NCBI RefSeq assembly: GCF_004010195.1
Contig: NC_057734.1
Coordinates: 25,032,206 to 25,096,205 of the forward strand
Source: Chiloscyllium plagiosum
Taxonomy: Eukaryota
Length of the DNA: 64,000 nt
Direction of reading: 5' to 3'
In this document: piece by piece, positions 1 through 13,200 of the stretch
How positions within the stretch are numbered: position 1 is the stretch's first letter
Layout: every line of letters begins with the position of its first letter
The notes under the pieces: model-generated
What the model was told of the DNA's origin: nothing
Seen by the model: only the letters and a program-made list of their open reading frames with translations
The model's database searches: none
Position numbers and translations under genes: made by a program

Positions 1-1660
1 GTCCCAGTCTATGTTTGGAAAGTTAAAATCCCCTACCGTAACTACTCTATTATTCTTACAGATAGCTGAGATCTCCTTACAAATTTTTATCTCAATTTCC
101 CTCTGACTATTGGGGGGTCTATATTACAATCCCAATAAGGTGATCATCCCTTTCTTATTTCTTAGTTCCACCCAAATAACTTCCCTGGATGTATTTCTGG
201 GAATATCCTCCCTTAGCACAACTGTAATGCTGTCCCTTATCAAAAATGCCACTCCCCCTCCTCTCTTGCCTCCCTTTCTATCCTTCCTGTAGTGTTTGTA
301 TCCTGGAACATTAAGCTGCCAGTCCTGCCCATTCCTGAGCCATGTTTCTGTAATTGCTATGGTATCCCAGTCCCATGTTCCTAACCATGCCCTGAGTTCA
401 TCTGCCTTCCCTGTTAGGCCCCTTGCATTGAAATAAATGCAGTTTAATTTATTAGTCCTACCTTGTCCCTGCCTGCCCTGACTGTTTGACTCACTTCTGT
501 TCTCAGCTGTACCCGTCTCAGATTGATCTCTTTCCTCACTATCTCCCTGGGTCCCCCCCCCTTGATCCTGGCACCAGGGAAACAACACACCATTCTGCTT
601 TTTCTCTGCTGTCCATAGAAACGTCTCTGTCTGTCTGTACTTCGGACTACAGAATCCCCTAACACAATTGATCTCTTGGAAGCCGATGTACCCCTTGTTG
701 CATTAGAGCCAGTCTCAATACCAGAAACTTGGTTGTTCGTGCTACGTTCCCCTGAGAATCCATCACCCCCTACATTTCTAAAACAGTGTGAAATGGGTAT
801 ATCCACAAAAGACTCCTGCACTTGCTGCCTACCTCTCTTACCCTTCCTGGAGTTAACCCATCTATGTGACTGTATCCGAGACTTTCCCCCCTTTTTACAA
901 CTGCCATCCATCACATACTGTTGCTGTTGCAAATTCCTCATCGCTTCTATCTGTCTCTCCAACCGATCCACTCGATCTGCTAAGATTCGCATCCAACAGC
1001 GTTTATGGCAGATATAATCCGCAGTAACCCTTAAACTCTCTTTAAACTCCCACATCTGACAAGAAGTACATATCACTGCAAAGACCATTTTTGCTCCTTC
1101 ACAATCTACAGACCCAGAAAATAACACCGTCTTATTTCTCTGCAAACACTGCCCCAGGTTAAGTTAATAGCTATGGCTTATATTTTAAGTTTAACCAAGA
1201 GACTTATCTCCAAAAACATATAATCAACTGTACTGACTAATACAGCCTTTCTCTTGGATAGACTTAAAACAACAATTGACTTATCTGCTTCTGTGCTGTG
1301 AACTTCGCCCAACAGTTCCTCCAAGATTAGTTGTGAATTTCACTGTTTGTTAATTTTCCCAGACACACTCCGATGTCCAGCGATACACGAATTCAAACAG
1401 CAAAAGCAGTAACTGTGCAGGTTCTCTCTCTCTCCTGCACTGTCCTCACCATGTGCTTCCTTTGTCTGCTCTTCTCCCTTTTAAAACTGCTGTTGTTTTG
1501 ACTTTTTTTTCCAAAGTTCCAAAACAATGCAACAGCATATAAAACAGTAATTGCTGCTCCTGGAATTCGAGGAAATTCCTCCAACACCTAAAATACCTCA
1601 AAAAAAGGAGCAGCTCTTACAGCCAGAAATGTTTCCCGTCCTCCATCTTGGATTACTCAG
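1..1660 (-). mobile_element. CR1-clade LINE, 5' portion (5'UTR, ORF1 zinc-finger/esterase, start of ORF2 AP endonuclease)
   Basis: ORF 444-1145 has VICTSCQMWE..YIC, a coiled coil and IVLGDSVVR (SGNH-like); ORF 124-588 has YFNARGL..AITETWL..RKDR..GGGVA (APE); stops and frameshifts present. Confidence 0.9.
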
Positions 1661-1689
1661 AATCCTCAGCTGCTTCTGATACACATTTT

Positions 1690-3110
1690 CAGGTATGAAT
1701 GAAATCACCACCCCAGTGTCTACCTCCATTCTTAACAGTTTGCCATTCAGTAAGGGAGTGACACAGTATCAGTTGATGCTGCTTGCAATGGCGAATATCT
1801 TTAATAACAGTTTCGCTTTGGACTAAGAATTCGCGGCTTTTCTCATGCCTTTTCTGTACTGTGCAGATTTTCTTCCTACTCTGTAGTTGCTGTATCCTTT
1901 TCACGTTTCTTCCTCAAACATGTCCGTTCAAACGTGTCCTTTTTTCCCAGACTCTGCATACAGTTTCTGCATACTACATACAGATATTTGCTGCTGCATG
2001 AATTGTTTTTCATTCCAATGACAGTTTTGAGTTTGCATCGGTGCAAATCTCTCAGCCACCATTTTATGACTTTTATCATTGAGCTTAGCTGTTGAGCTTT
2101 CTTGGCTGTTGGCTCAAGTACCTTCTTTAAGTCTAGCTTCCTTCCTCTAAGTACCTTTGATATGGATTGCTTCACATCTTAAATCACACAACAGTCTGTC
2201 TCTGATGGAATCATTTAAGTTGTCTCCGAACTCTCAGAATTCTACTGACTTTAAATTGTTATGAACTGGGAGCTGGATTCATCATTGTGCAGATTGCATT
2301 TGTAGAATCTGATCCCTTCAACAATTCAGCAATCAGCAATGGTTTTGGTGAAAAGTGGTCTGTAGGATTGCTACTATTTCTTCACAAATTTTGGAACCTG
2401 CAGACTGCTCAGCAGGTTAAAAGCTTTCTCTTCATAATACTCAGGAACAACTATATTTGCGTCAATTCTGTTAGCTTGAACAAAAAGATGGAATCTCTCT
2501 GTGTAGGAATTATAGGTCGATATTTTCATCATACAGTCCAAGGTACCAAACATTTCTGCCCTCTATTTAAGATGTGAAGGCATAGCAAGATGTACCACAA
2601 AAGGTTTTTAACACTACTTCACTGCTTCCCATTTAAAAGAAGGTATTGCTGAGGCTGCAGGTTTTTTCCAAGTCTGCACCTTATATCAACACATTTTCCT
2701 GTATGAGAAATTAATTAGTGTTCTTTTGGATTGGAACATGTGGCAAACTCCTGCACACTGTTCACCTCTTCCCTGGGGTGATTTTGTTTTGCTGACTACC
2801 TGCTTCAATACAGTATGACGATTTTGATTTTTTTTGCTTCTTTTTATTGAAGTGCCTGTGAGATCTGCCATGAGAACCATGATTTTTTCTTTTTTTGACG
2901 AATCAGTGGCTTGAACCAGTGGATCTCAGAACAGTCTTTAACCTCATTGCTGGTTTTTCTCGTGATTAAGTTCCATGATGGATCAGGAGTCAAGGTGTTA
3001 AATAGCAGGAGTTTTATTACAGAAATGTTTACTCTACAGGCATTAAGGTTTCCCGACAACATCATTATAACTTCATGATCAGACTCAAAGTAATGACCCA
3101 CTATAATTAC
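1690..3110 (-). mobile_element. Decayed Ty3/Gypsy LTR retrotransposon: gag (about 2553-1700) with probable leader/LTR remnant
   Basis: Frame-broken minus-strand peptides SYTERFHLFVQAN, DHFSPKPLLIAE, LNDSIRDRLLCDL and knuckle-like VCRNC..KKDTFERTC. Confidence 0.7.
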
Positions 3111-3134
3111 ACAAATACGTGACTAGAAGAGTAA

Positions 3135-3858
3135 TTATTATTTAAATGGAGAAAGACAACAGAAAGCTCCAGCAGACGAAGATTTGGGGGTACTCAAAAA
3201 TAAATCACAAAAAGCTAGCAGATAATGGGGAAGACAAATGGAACATTGACCTTTATTTCAAAGGGAAGGGAATGGAGTATAAAAATAGGGAGGTCTCGCT
3301 AAAATTGAATAAGTTTGCAGCAGGAATACCATGTACAGTTTTAGTCACTTTATCTAAGGAAAGATAGGCTGGCGTTAGAGGCAGTCCAGAGGAGACTCAC
3401 TAGATTGAGCCCGGGTATGGAGAGACAGTCTTATGAGGAGAGGTTCAGAAGGTTAGGCCTGTACTCACTAGAGTTTAGAAGAATGAGACATGACCTTTTA
3501 GAAACATACAAGATTCTTGCAGGACTTGACAGGATAGATGCAAAGAGTTGTTTCCCTGTGTGGGAAAGTCTAGAATCACAGCGCATAATCTCAGAGCAAG
3601 GGGTCATCCATATAAAAAAAAAGAGCTGAGGAGGAATTTCTTCCCTCAGACGGTAATGGATGTGTAGAATTCTTTACCACAGAGGCCTATTGAGTTTGTA
3701 TCATCAAGTATATTCAAGGTTAAGATAGACAGATTTGTAATGAGAAGGAGATCAAAGCTTAAGGGGAAAAGGATTGAATGGCAGAGCAGACTCAAAGGGC
3801 AGAGCAGACTCAAAGGACTGAGTAGCCTACTTCTGCTCTTATGCCTCATGGCCTTATA
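3135..3858 (+). mobile_element. CR1 LINE 3' fragment
   Basis: SYEERFRRLGLYSLEFRRMRHDLLETYKIL C-terminal motif and CR1 3'UTR; internal 18-bp tandem duplication near 3781-3816. Confidence 0.85.
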
Positions 3859-4145
3859 ATTTAACAAATCTTAGGAGAAAGTGGTGGCAACTTGTCAATA
3901 TTTATATGCGAAAATAACGTGACTCTAAAATGAATAGCTCAAATTGCCAAATAGTGTACTAGAATAAAATGCTGCAGAGCAAAAAGATAATTATTAATTT
4001 TTAACTAAATGTCAAGTAAGATTTGTTATTTTACTGATTCTCACAATTTGTTAACATTAAAACTATTTGCTGTTGATTACTATATTCAGCAAGAGTTTTA
4101 TGTGGTGTATGACTCAAATATGACAAAAGAAATATTGGAACATAC

Positions 4146-4182
4146 CCATGTACAGATGGTCCTCACTGGGGTCATCGAGCAC
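4146..4182 (-). CDS. CAMKK2: CAMKK2 coding exon 6 (37 nt)
   Basis: ttacag|VLDDPSEDHLYM(V)|gtatgt; later exons not found, so the gene continues left of the window. Confidence 0.95.
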
Positions 4183-4735
4183 CTGTAAGAATAAACAAAC
4201 AAGAAATCACATCTTGGAAACATGCTTATACTTCAACAAGGAATATAAATCAAGAAACAGAACACATGCTGGAGGACCCACAGTTCAAAAAAGTTGAAGA
4301 TGTAGGTATCATTAGCAAGACCAGAATGTAAAGCCCACTGCTATTATTTTTAAAAAGGATTTTAGTCATTTAATTTTTGTGTGGGAAGTAGCTCTGCCTT
4401 TCAGACTATATTGATGTCCACATATTAATTTCTTCAATCTACTTTTAAATCACAATTGCCAGGTAATTGTATACACATACACACATTTTATTGTAACAGC
4501 CAGTCAATTAGAAGGAAAGCTTCCAACGCTAGCCTTAGACCATCTAAATGCTTGAGGAAAGTATAAAAGAGGGAGAAATCAAGTACAGTTGATATTCTAC
4601 TAATCTTTAAACTGGGATTTACAAAGATACTTCCTTAACCGGAGTCTATCAAGAATGCAGAGCTCATACTATAAGAATTCTTGAAGTGAATGGTATAATG
4701 TAATATAGAGAGATAGGAGGAAGAAAAAGGACACA

Positions 4736-5056
4736 GGACGGCACAGTGGTTCAGTGGTTAGCACTACTGCCTCACAGCATCAGGGACCTGGATTCGATCT
4801 GTGTGGAGTTTGCACATTCTCCCCATGTTTGCGTGGGTTTCCTCCAGGTGTTCTGGTTTCCTCCCACAGACTAAAGATGCGCAGTTAGGCGAACTGGCCA
4901 TGTTAAATTGCCCATAGTGTTCAGGGATGTGTAGGTTAGGTGCATTAGTCAGGGGTAAAACATAGAGGAATGGATCTAGGTGGGTTACTTTTTGGAGGGT
5001 CGGTATGGACTTATTGGGCTGAAGGGTCTGTTTCCACACTGTAGGATTCTATGATT
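4736..5056 (+). mobile_element. tRNA-derived shark SINE (HE1-like)
   Basis: A-box head GGCACAGTGGTTCAGTGGTTAGCAC, conserved core TGTGTGGAGTTTGCACATTCTCCCC, CR1-type tail. Confidence 0.85.
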
Positions 5057-5925
5057 ATGCTAACAGTGTTTGATAAGGAAATACAGGAACATAAACATAT
5101 ACATGCAGTTCTATACGACACTCAAATCAGAGATGAATGTATCAGAATTGATTAATCAAAATAGCTTATGAACCGAACATATGTAATATGCACAAACCAA
5201 TTACCATCTATTATTTATTGGAAAACTGGGCATTTGACAATGTCAGAGACAGAAAACTAAGCAGAAAAAATTGTTTTCACGAACAAAGAACACATTTGAG
5301 TGCTTGTTTTTTACACTTAAAGCAGAATAATATCAAATAGCCAAGAATAGATGTGTTCAAACTGAATGAGAACTACAGAGAAAAAAAAATGAAACCAACT
5401 ATAACAAGTAATATACATTATCATGAGCATGCAAACTACAAAGTCAATTTGGATGGGTCACAATGATACAAAGCAAAAATTAGAGTAGGCATGAGTGCTG
5501 CTTCTGAGGCTTTATTTAAAACTATATTCAAATGGGACTATCATTGATCTTTAAACTAAAAAGGGGAAATTGTTCCTGCTTTAATTAAATTGGAATAAAA
5601 CATTTTGAAATCCATGATTTCTTGGAAAGTAATTTCATTCCCTGGAATTAAAAATAGCAGTCAAACATGACTTGTGTAATAATCATTGTTTTTCTTGCCT
5701 CCACACCTCCTGAATCAATGATATTTAACATAACGTAGTTCATCCTCAAAGAGGCTGTTATTCAAATATAACTTGCAACAGTGAATGCTCTCAAGTGTAT
5801 GAGAATCAGGAAACAGGGACCAAGAGGGGTTTGGAATTAATTATTTAGCCTAAACTTGTCCTTATGCAGCTAAAAAGCCACCTGTCAGTATGCCCAGATG
5901 TTTAATTAGTTGTGAAGAATGCAAA

Positions 5926-5962
5926 TGATTCAAGATTTGATTCAAGATTTGATTCAAGATTT
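5926..5962. repeat. 12-bp tandem repeat (TGATTCAAGATT)x3
   Basis: Directly visible. Confidence 0.9.
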
Positions 5963-6047
5963 AATTGAGGAAAGATAATTTTACAAGGTGGGTGTTATGT
6001 TAAGATTTTCAGTTGGAAAAACAGCCCTTAGGTTTGTGAATTAAGTA

Positions 6048-6315
6048 AGGGCAACAGGTACATGGGAACACCACTACCTGCAAGTTCTCCACGAAGCCAC
6101 TCACCACCCTGACTTGGAAAGATACTGCCGTTCCTTCACAGTCGTTGGGTCAAAATCCTGAAATTCCCTCCCGACTGGCATTGTGGGTCAACCCACAGCA
6201 AGTGGACTGTAGCGATTCAGAAGGCAGCTCACCACCACCTCAAAGGCGAACAGGGTTGGGCTATCAATGCTGGCCAGCCAGCGATGCCCAAATCCCACAA
6301 TGAATTAAAAAAAAA
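6048..6315 (+). mobile_element. 3' end of a CR1/L2-group LINE (or SINE sharing its tail) with A-rich end
   Basis: CTGACTTGGAAA..CCGTTCCTTCAC..CAAAATCCTG..GGCAGCTCACCACCACCT..AATGAATTAAAAAAAA; related copies near 46270-47400 (-) and 58780-59155 (+). Confidence 0.7.
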
Positions 6316-7512
6316 CAAGTTTCTGCTGCTAATTATATCGAGGATCAAAGTGAGAAGTCTGGAACAAATAATTACACAAAGTAGTACACATGAGCAAGCC
6401 ATGAATATTGCACAGGATACATACAGCGCAACTGAAAGCTGAAGATGCAAGAACACTGAACTAACACTATCCAGGGAAAAGAACAATAAGTCTGAACCAA
6501 AAATGGCAAGATTATGCAAATTAAACTATACATCATGATAGAAAACAGAAATTCTGAAGACATTTCCATTGTCCAAATTACCCTCTCATCCCCATTTTTA
6601 TTTCAGTTTTAATCTCAACTTGCATACAACAGTGGCTGTTGTATAAAAGAATTCATGAACTTTAAAATGTGAATAGATTTATTTCCTACTAGCAAGCTAT
6701 TCTATACTTCAGAAGCGAACAGTTAGGAGCTAGTTAAGGAGATGGGAAGAACACAGAATTCATATTGTAGACTATAATTTATGGTATTGTGCCAATGTGT
6801 TCAATAAAGGAAAACATGCATTTACATATAACAGCATAGTGATTGTGCAAAACCCAAATGATTTAGATAAGTTGTACCATGCAAATTGCTTTCTCTAACC
6901 TGTGTTAAAAACCTTCTCTCCTCCTATGTTTCCATCATGATACACATGCTAATATTTTCATAGTCACGCTCTAACAAAAGAAAATGTATTCTTCTATTAT
7001 TTCAAATCTCCTTCTTCAACTGCCACACTAACTCTAGGTTTGAGCTACAGTAAAATGCTGTTTCGATGGGCCTTCACAAAACCATGACTAGATAAAGTAC
7101 CGTAAATTAATCTATTTTTGGAGGAGCAGGACTTCTGATATCAGGTCTGAAGAATGGCAAAAAGAGAGAAAAACTCAGTTGTGCTTGCCAAGAAGCTGCC
7201 GCTTTTTACCACCTTGTTTGGAGTAGAAATATGTGGTCTACATTCACATAAACTAATGACATTCTGCAACTATCCTCAAAGGGTTGCCAGAGACAGATAA
7301 CATAAAAGCATAATGACTAATCTGTTGAAATGCAATAAATATCTTCTTAAATGATTTAAGTTAATTACTATTGCTTACATAGACAGGAACAGGATAATTA
7401 TGGCTCTCAGAAGTGCTCACTCTTTAAAAGTACACATTAAAATGAATGAGATTAGATTAAAGTCTGGTGCAGTATTTTTAAAATATCTAAAATGACAAGC
7501 TATATGAACTTA

Positions 7513-7773
<261 letters not shown>

Positions 7774-8304
7774 CTAGGTGGCCACACAGTCAAATTAATG
7801 GCTCATCATAAGTAACCCTTCCTCACAACTTTGTATTGAAATCAAATAAAAGCTAACCATTTTGCTTTTGAAAGGTTATATCTGGATGAACAGAGTCCAA
7901 AGGCAGTCCCAACATTAAGCTGGGGAAGGCACAAAATATTTTCAGTCTAATTGTCGAAATCTATTTTTGGGTTGGAATGGGGAGAGGAATCATTCACATT
8001 AATGAAACAACACATCATTTTCCAGAATTGCCAACAGGAGCAAACCTGCCAGAATTGTATCTTGGGAAATCTCAGGCTGCATCTTCCTAATTTCCCACAC
8101 TGTACTCCAAACACAAATGCGTCGTGTAAATGATAAATAATACTTTTCTCCTGAGACATTAAAATCACATTGTAGCTGAGTTTAGCTACTTTCTATTTCT
8201 TTAGTTTTTTCCCAGTCACTTTTCTCCACTGAAAATATCAGTCACAATCTCTCTGCCACCACATTCTCTCATGGTTTCTAACTCGACAGCATGGACGTAG
8301 CTTT

Positions 8305-9232
8305 TAAACTTCCACTATTCTCTTAGTTTCATGCAATTCATCCCTTGACTTCTGTCTCTGCATTGCCAATGGCAGGCTACCGTCCAATATTCATTATGGC
8401 CCACTGATATCCACCACTGCCAGCTTGATTATACTGCTTCACAATCAATACTTTGCAATGATTTCATTCCATTCTTCCAGATTCTTGTCCTATCACAATT
8501 GTTTCAATGATGCAAACTTCTATATTAGTGTGTCAGAAAGGTCTTCTTTGTATTTCGCCTAAGATTTTCTTTCCACTACGTCTGAAAGGGCCCTCAACCA
8601 TTTCTGGCACATTTCTGCACTCCTCACCCCTTCCCCGAACCAGGAATGGGTTTCCCTTGCCCTCACAGCCTCCACATTTAACAGATTATTTTCCACCATT
8701 TTCAGTGGGACGCTAACATTAAAGACAGCTTCCTTTCCCCTTCAGCTTTCTAAAAAGACTGTTTCCTCTTTGATGCATTCCAAATAATACCCCAACACAC
8801 TGTCCCATTTGCCAGACACCATTCCTTGCAAATGCAGGATGTAATCATCTGCCCTTTTATCTCCTCTTGAAACCTTGCTATTTTCGATCCAAAAGCAACT
8901 GCACAATACTCAGCTCATGTATTTGATATGGACATTGCAGCTGATTACTTTCTGCCTTGCTGCACAGATGAAAACGGTATCAAAGGAAACAGTAATACCA
9001 AAGTCACCAGCAAGGCCCATCCACAGTAACCAACTTCCGTGGCTCTTCAGAACAGTTCTGAAGAATTCTGAACAGAGTTAACCATTTCTTGAGAATGGTC
9101 CTGAAGAAGTCATACCAGATTCGAAACATTAATTCTGTTTCTCTCTCCACAGATGCTGCCAGATTGCTGAGTTTCTTCATCATTTTCTCTGCTATTCTCA
9201 GATGTCCAGCATATACAATAATTTGTTTTGAT
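8305..9232 (+). mobile_element. Decayed Penelope-like retroelement (RT C-terminus and linker) with hammerhead-bearing terminal repeat
   Basis: Broken-frame peptides resembling GRL.SNIHY.PTD...LDYTAS...C.DFIPFFQIL and P.TIPCKCR.C..CPFISS; 3' repeat CTGAAGAAGTCATACCAGATTCGAAACATT...TCCACAGATGCTGCC at 9101-9232. Confidence 0.7.
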
Positions 9233-9639
9233 TCAATATCAGTGGTTGTTTGTACAGCTTCCAGAAGACGACGACGACGATGATGATACAGATCCCCCAA
9301 GATTGCACAGGAAAACATCCAGACCCCCATCAGCAGACTGTCATTTTTTCACAGCTCTTGGAAACTGCAAACTAAGGAGGTCTCATGTCATTCTCACCAA
9401 ACTATTCATCCAGTTGCAGCAGACCTTGCACTTGGAAGGAATAGGTGGCCATCCTATCCCATCAAGTTTACAGTTGCAGTGCGTTTTTATGCTGACACTC
9501 ATTTTGAGAAACAGTGTATAATCTCCCAAATTCTCAGCCCACAAATGCAGAATTACCACTGATGCAATTTTCCCCAGAATGCATCTGTTTATATATTTCC
9601 CCATGATGAGAGTCAAATTATCTGGGCTGTGAAATTTTT

Positions 9640-9859
9640 TCTGAAAAATGTGTTGCTGGAAAAGCACAGGTCAGGCAGCATCCAAGGAGCAGGAGAATCG
9701 ACGTTTCGGGCATAAGCCTTTTTTTCAGGATTCCTGAAGAAGGGCTTATGCCCGAAATATCGATTCTCCTGTTCCCTGGATGGTGCCTGACCTGCTGCGC
9801 TTTTCCAGCAACACATTTTTCAGCTCTGATCTCCAGCATCTGCAGTCCTCACTTTCTCC
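9640..9859. mobile_element. Palindromic Penelope-derived element, family A, with hammerhead-like cores on both strands
   Basis: Inverted arms of about 90 bp centred near 9731; + core CTGAAGAAGGGCTTATGCCCGAAATATC; unpaired tail 9824-9859; flanking CTGTGAAA duplication. Confidence 0.8.
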
Positions 9860-11104
9860 CTGTGAAACTTGTTACCATCACTGGCGCCCCCCCAAATGCA
9901 GGATGCTATAGATCACACTCAATTTGAGAGCACCTTATGATCAATCTCAGAATATGCCAACAGAAAGGAGTTCTACTCCATCAATGTTAAACTTGTGTGG
10001 CTACAGATGCTAGATATTAGAGGTACACAGCAGTTAACCTGAGTGTTGCCATGATGCATACATACTACAGAACTCAAGTTTCTCCTCCTTCTTGGGTCAC
10101 AGAGAGATAGCTTCAGGGAGACTATCCTGTCCCAAATATGACTCGTGTGTGAGCAGAGCAAATATATAACATTATCCAAACTTCCACCAGGAACATAGTA
10201 GAACAGGTTGCAGGCATCCACAAAATGAGGTTTGAATACCTGGACTGCTCCATCACAGCCTTGGAGTACAGGCAAAAAAGGGTGCGCTTCATCATTGAGA
10301 CATATTTGGCCCTTCATCACTGCAGCCAACAAAGTATGCGTGTGTTAGTGTCCGTGTATGTGCCTGTATGGGGGTGTGGGTATTTGTATGTCTTAGGGTG
10401 TGGGGAATATTCTGAATGCAGGGGAAATGGAGGATTAACAGCTATCGTCTAAAAATGAAAATGAGCATAAAATAATTGACCAATAGTTATTCTAATGTAC
10501 ACGTGAACCTGGTTATTTTTGGAGTTCTTGAACATTTCTGCCGCTGAATAAGTGCTTTGTTATCGACATGAGTGTATGCTTGGTATTTTCAGGGTGATCC
10601 TACATTCAAGTATCTTCACTTTACGTTCTTACTCACAAATAGGGTGAAGACAGCAGTTAGTGAGACAGGGCACAAACACTGCATGGCACCAATGCTGTGT
10701 TTCTTTGAAGGCTTCATTCACACATGAAAGCCAAGTGTTGTGCAGAGAAGTCTATTGTTATAAGCAGCAGGTTGGGAGTAATTGTGAAGTATCTCTCTTT
10801 TTTACCCTTCCATCATGAGTTGTGTCTTCAATATTTCAGATACCATCTAGACTGCTAAACTGCTGTAAAATGCTTCAGTGACCTGTAGGACAGCATTTCA
10901 TTTATAAGAACTAGAACTTAGTGCAATATTCCTTGGCAGGCCACTGTGCAATGAGGAAGCATGGACATGTGAACTGCCCAGTGTACACCACCTAGTCTTG
11001 AATGGTAATGTGCTCCCTTGAAAAGCTGATAGAAAGAATGAATCTTTTCCTCCAGAGATGCTTGGATTCATTACTGATTCTGTTTTTCAAGAAGTGGGTC
11101 GATG

Positions 11105-12308
11105 ATAAATCTGATAGAACTCTGCTAAAGGAAGTAATGAGCAGGTTAGACCAAGGAAAGCCAATGGATTTATCTACCTGGATTTCAAGAAGGCTACGGA
11201 GTAAGAAAAGGACCCATGGTTTTAGAGGCAAGATGCTAGTGTGGAAGCTTGGCAGAAAGCAAAGAGTACGGATAACAGGGACTTCTCAGGTTAGTAGTCG
11301 GTGACAAGTGGTTTTCCGCAAGGCTCAATGTTGGGACCACAACTTTTCACTTTATACATTTAATGATCTAGATGAAGGAACTGAGGGCATTCTGGCTATG
11401 TTTGCAGACGATACAAAGATAGGTAGAGGGACAGGTAACATTAATGAGGTGGGGAGGCCGCAGAATGATTTGGACAGGTTAGGTAATGGGCAAAGCAGTG
11501 ACAGATGGACCACAAAGTGGGAAAGTGAGAAGTCATGAATTTTGGTAGTAAGAATAGAGGCATGGACTATTTTCTAAAATGGGGAGAAAATTCAGAAGTC
11601 TGAAATGCAAAAAGACTCGCGAGTTCTAGTCCAGGTTTCTTTCAAGGTAAACTTGCAGGTTGAGTCAGTAGTTAGGAAGGCAAATGCAATGGTGACATGT
11701 ATTTTGAGAGGACTTGAAAAAAAGCAGAGATGTACTTCTGAGGCTATACAAGGCTCTGGTCAGATTATATTTGGAATACTGTGTGCAGTTTTGGGCCCCA
11801 CATCTCAGGAAGTACGTACTGGCCCTGGAGCACATCCAGGAGGAAGTTCACAAAAAAAGGTCCCAGGAATGAAAAGCTTAACATATGAGGAACGTTTGAG
11901 GACTCTGGGTTTATACTTAATGGAGTTTAGAAAGATGAGGGGAATCTAATTAAAACATACAGAAATCTGAATGGCCTGGACAGAGTAAATGTTGGGAAAG
12001 TGCTTCCATTGCTAGAGAGAGACTAGGACTCAAGGGCATAGCTTTAGAGTAAAGGGGAGACCTTTTCGAATGGAGCTAAGGAGAAACTTCTTCAGCCAGA
12101 GAGTGGTGAATCCATGGAATCAATTGCCACAGAAGGCTGTGGAGGGCACGTCATTGAGTATATTTAAGACTGAGATAGAGAGGTTCTTTGGGATCAAGGG
12201 TTACGGGGAGAAAGCCAGAGAATGGGATTGAGAAACTTATCGGCCATGATTGAATGGCAGAGCAGACATGATGGGCTGAATGGCCTAACTTCTGCTTCTA
12301 TGTCTTAT
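11105..12308 (+). mobile_element. CR1 LINE 3' portion (RT and 3'UTR), decayed
   Basis: FNDLDEG..FADDTKIG, YEERLRTLGLY motifs. Confidence 0.9.
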
Positions 12309-12639
12309 TGTGGGGAAGATCTGTGCAGGTCAGGCCTTACCACAAGCCTTGCACATTGATTTAGCCTCAATAACGTGTTGCCCTCAAAATCCAATGGGCT
12401 TTCCTCAGGCAGGCTCAAATCCTCTTCACAGCGATTCCATGTAGTGCTTTCTTCAAATGCTGATACTGGCAAACTTAATTTACAGCTCTTGTGCAATGGC
12501 AGCATCCCCAACTCTGAGCCAGAAGATCGGAGTTCAAGTCCCACATGCCCTAACATGTCCAAACAGATTGATTAAAAATGATTATAATGGAACTTTGATG
12601 CTGTCATCTGAGTCACAGTTCAAGGGCGTGTGATGTCAG

Positions 12640-13200
12640 AGATAATTTGCAATCAAGGAGTCAGCTGCTTATGAGAAATGAGCAATGCATGGCCACTACC
12701 ATGTCTTTCATCCTTGGGATGTCTGAGGAAACTTCATTTCTCAATTGGGTGCACATTTACCATGTCCAACAGCAACTAAAGAATAGAACAGGTAATTTAA
12801 AAGTGCAAGTGCATACACATTTACAATGGCAAGAAGCATGATGAACATGATGCATGCAATAGGGAGAGTTGCAGTCCATGAGATGTGTGCAGTGGCAGGG
12901 TTAGAGTGAGTGGTGGCCCTACTGAGTGTGAGGAGCAGAGAGATGGTGGCACTTATCTTTGTAGAACACAGTGATTGTTACCATCTTTCTGCAGAGCTAG
13001 GCATTTCTATACGCCCAGGATATTGCACTGACTCAGGCTATTACCTCTGAGCAGGTTGTCCGAGTCTGTGGTATGGTCACCTTTGTCAGTCAGCAGATAG
13101 TTACTTGCTCTCCTTTCCATCACCACACCTCTGGATCCCTTTTGGCAAAGTAGGATACTGGCTTTCCTATCTGGGCCATCCGTTGACAACAAAGGTTGTG
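12640..13200 (-). mobile_element. Possible decayed Myb/SANT-like ORF of a PIF/Harbinger-type DNA transposon
   Basis: Broken peptides VVMERRA...SEVIA*VSAISWAYRNA*LCRK resemble W-x-EVA..VSA...R...QCRK; weak. Confidence 0.3.

Noticed and set aside
1-4145. Next short CAMKK2 exon (VFELV..G)
   Set aside because: No matching sequence with splice sites found; presumed to lie left of the window.
4736-4800. tRNA genes at SINE heads (also 56166-56231, 58294)
   Set aside because: A/B-box heads run into SINE core and tail; no complete cloverleaf.
9228-9521. ORF with poly-Asp (poly-Arg in other frames)
   Set aside because: Short (GAC/GAT)n microsatellite; no homology recognised.
9640-9859. Palindromes as DNA-transposon MITEs or pre-miRNA genes
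   Set aside because: They have an unpaired tail on one side, variable long TSDs, variable inversion points and hammerhead cores, unlike the true TA-flanked MITEs in this window; no evidence for miRNA processing can be read from sequence.
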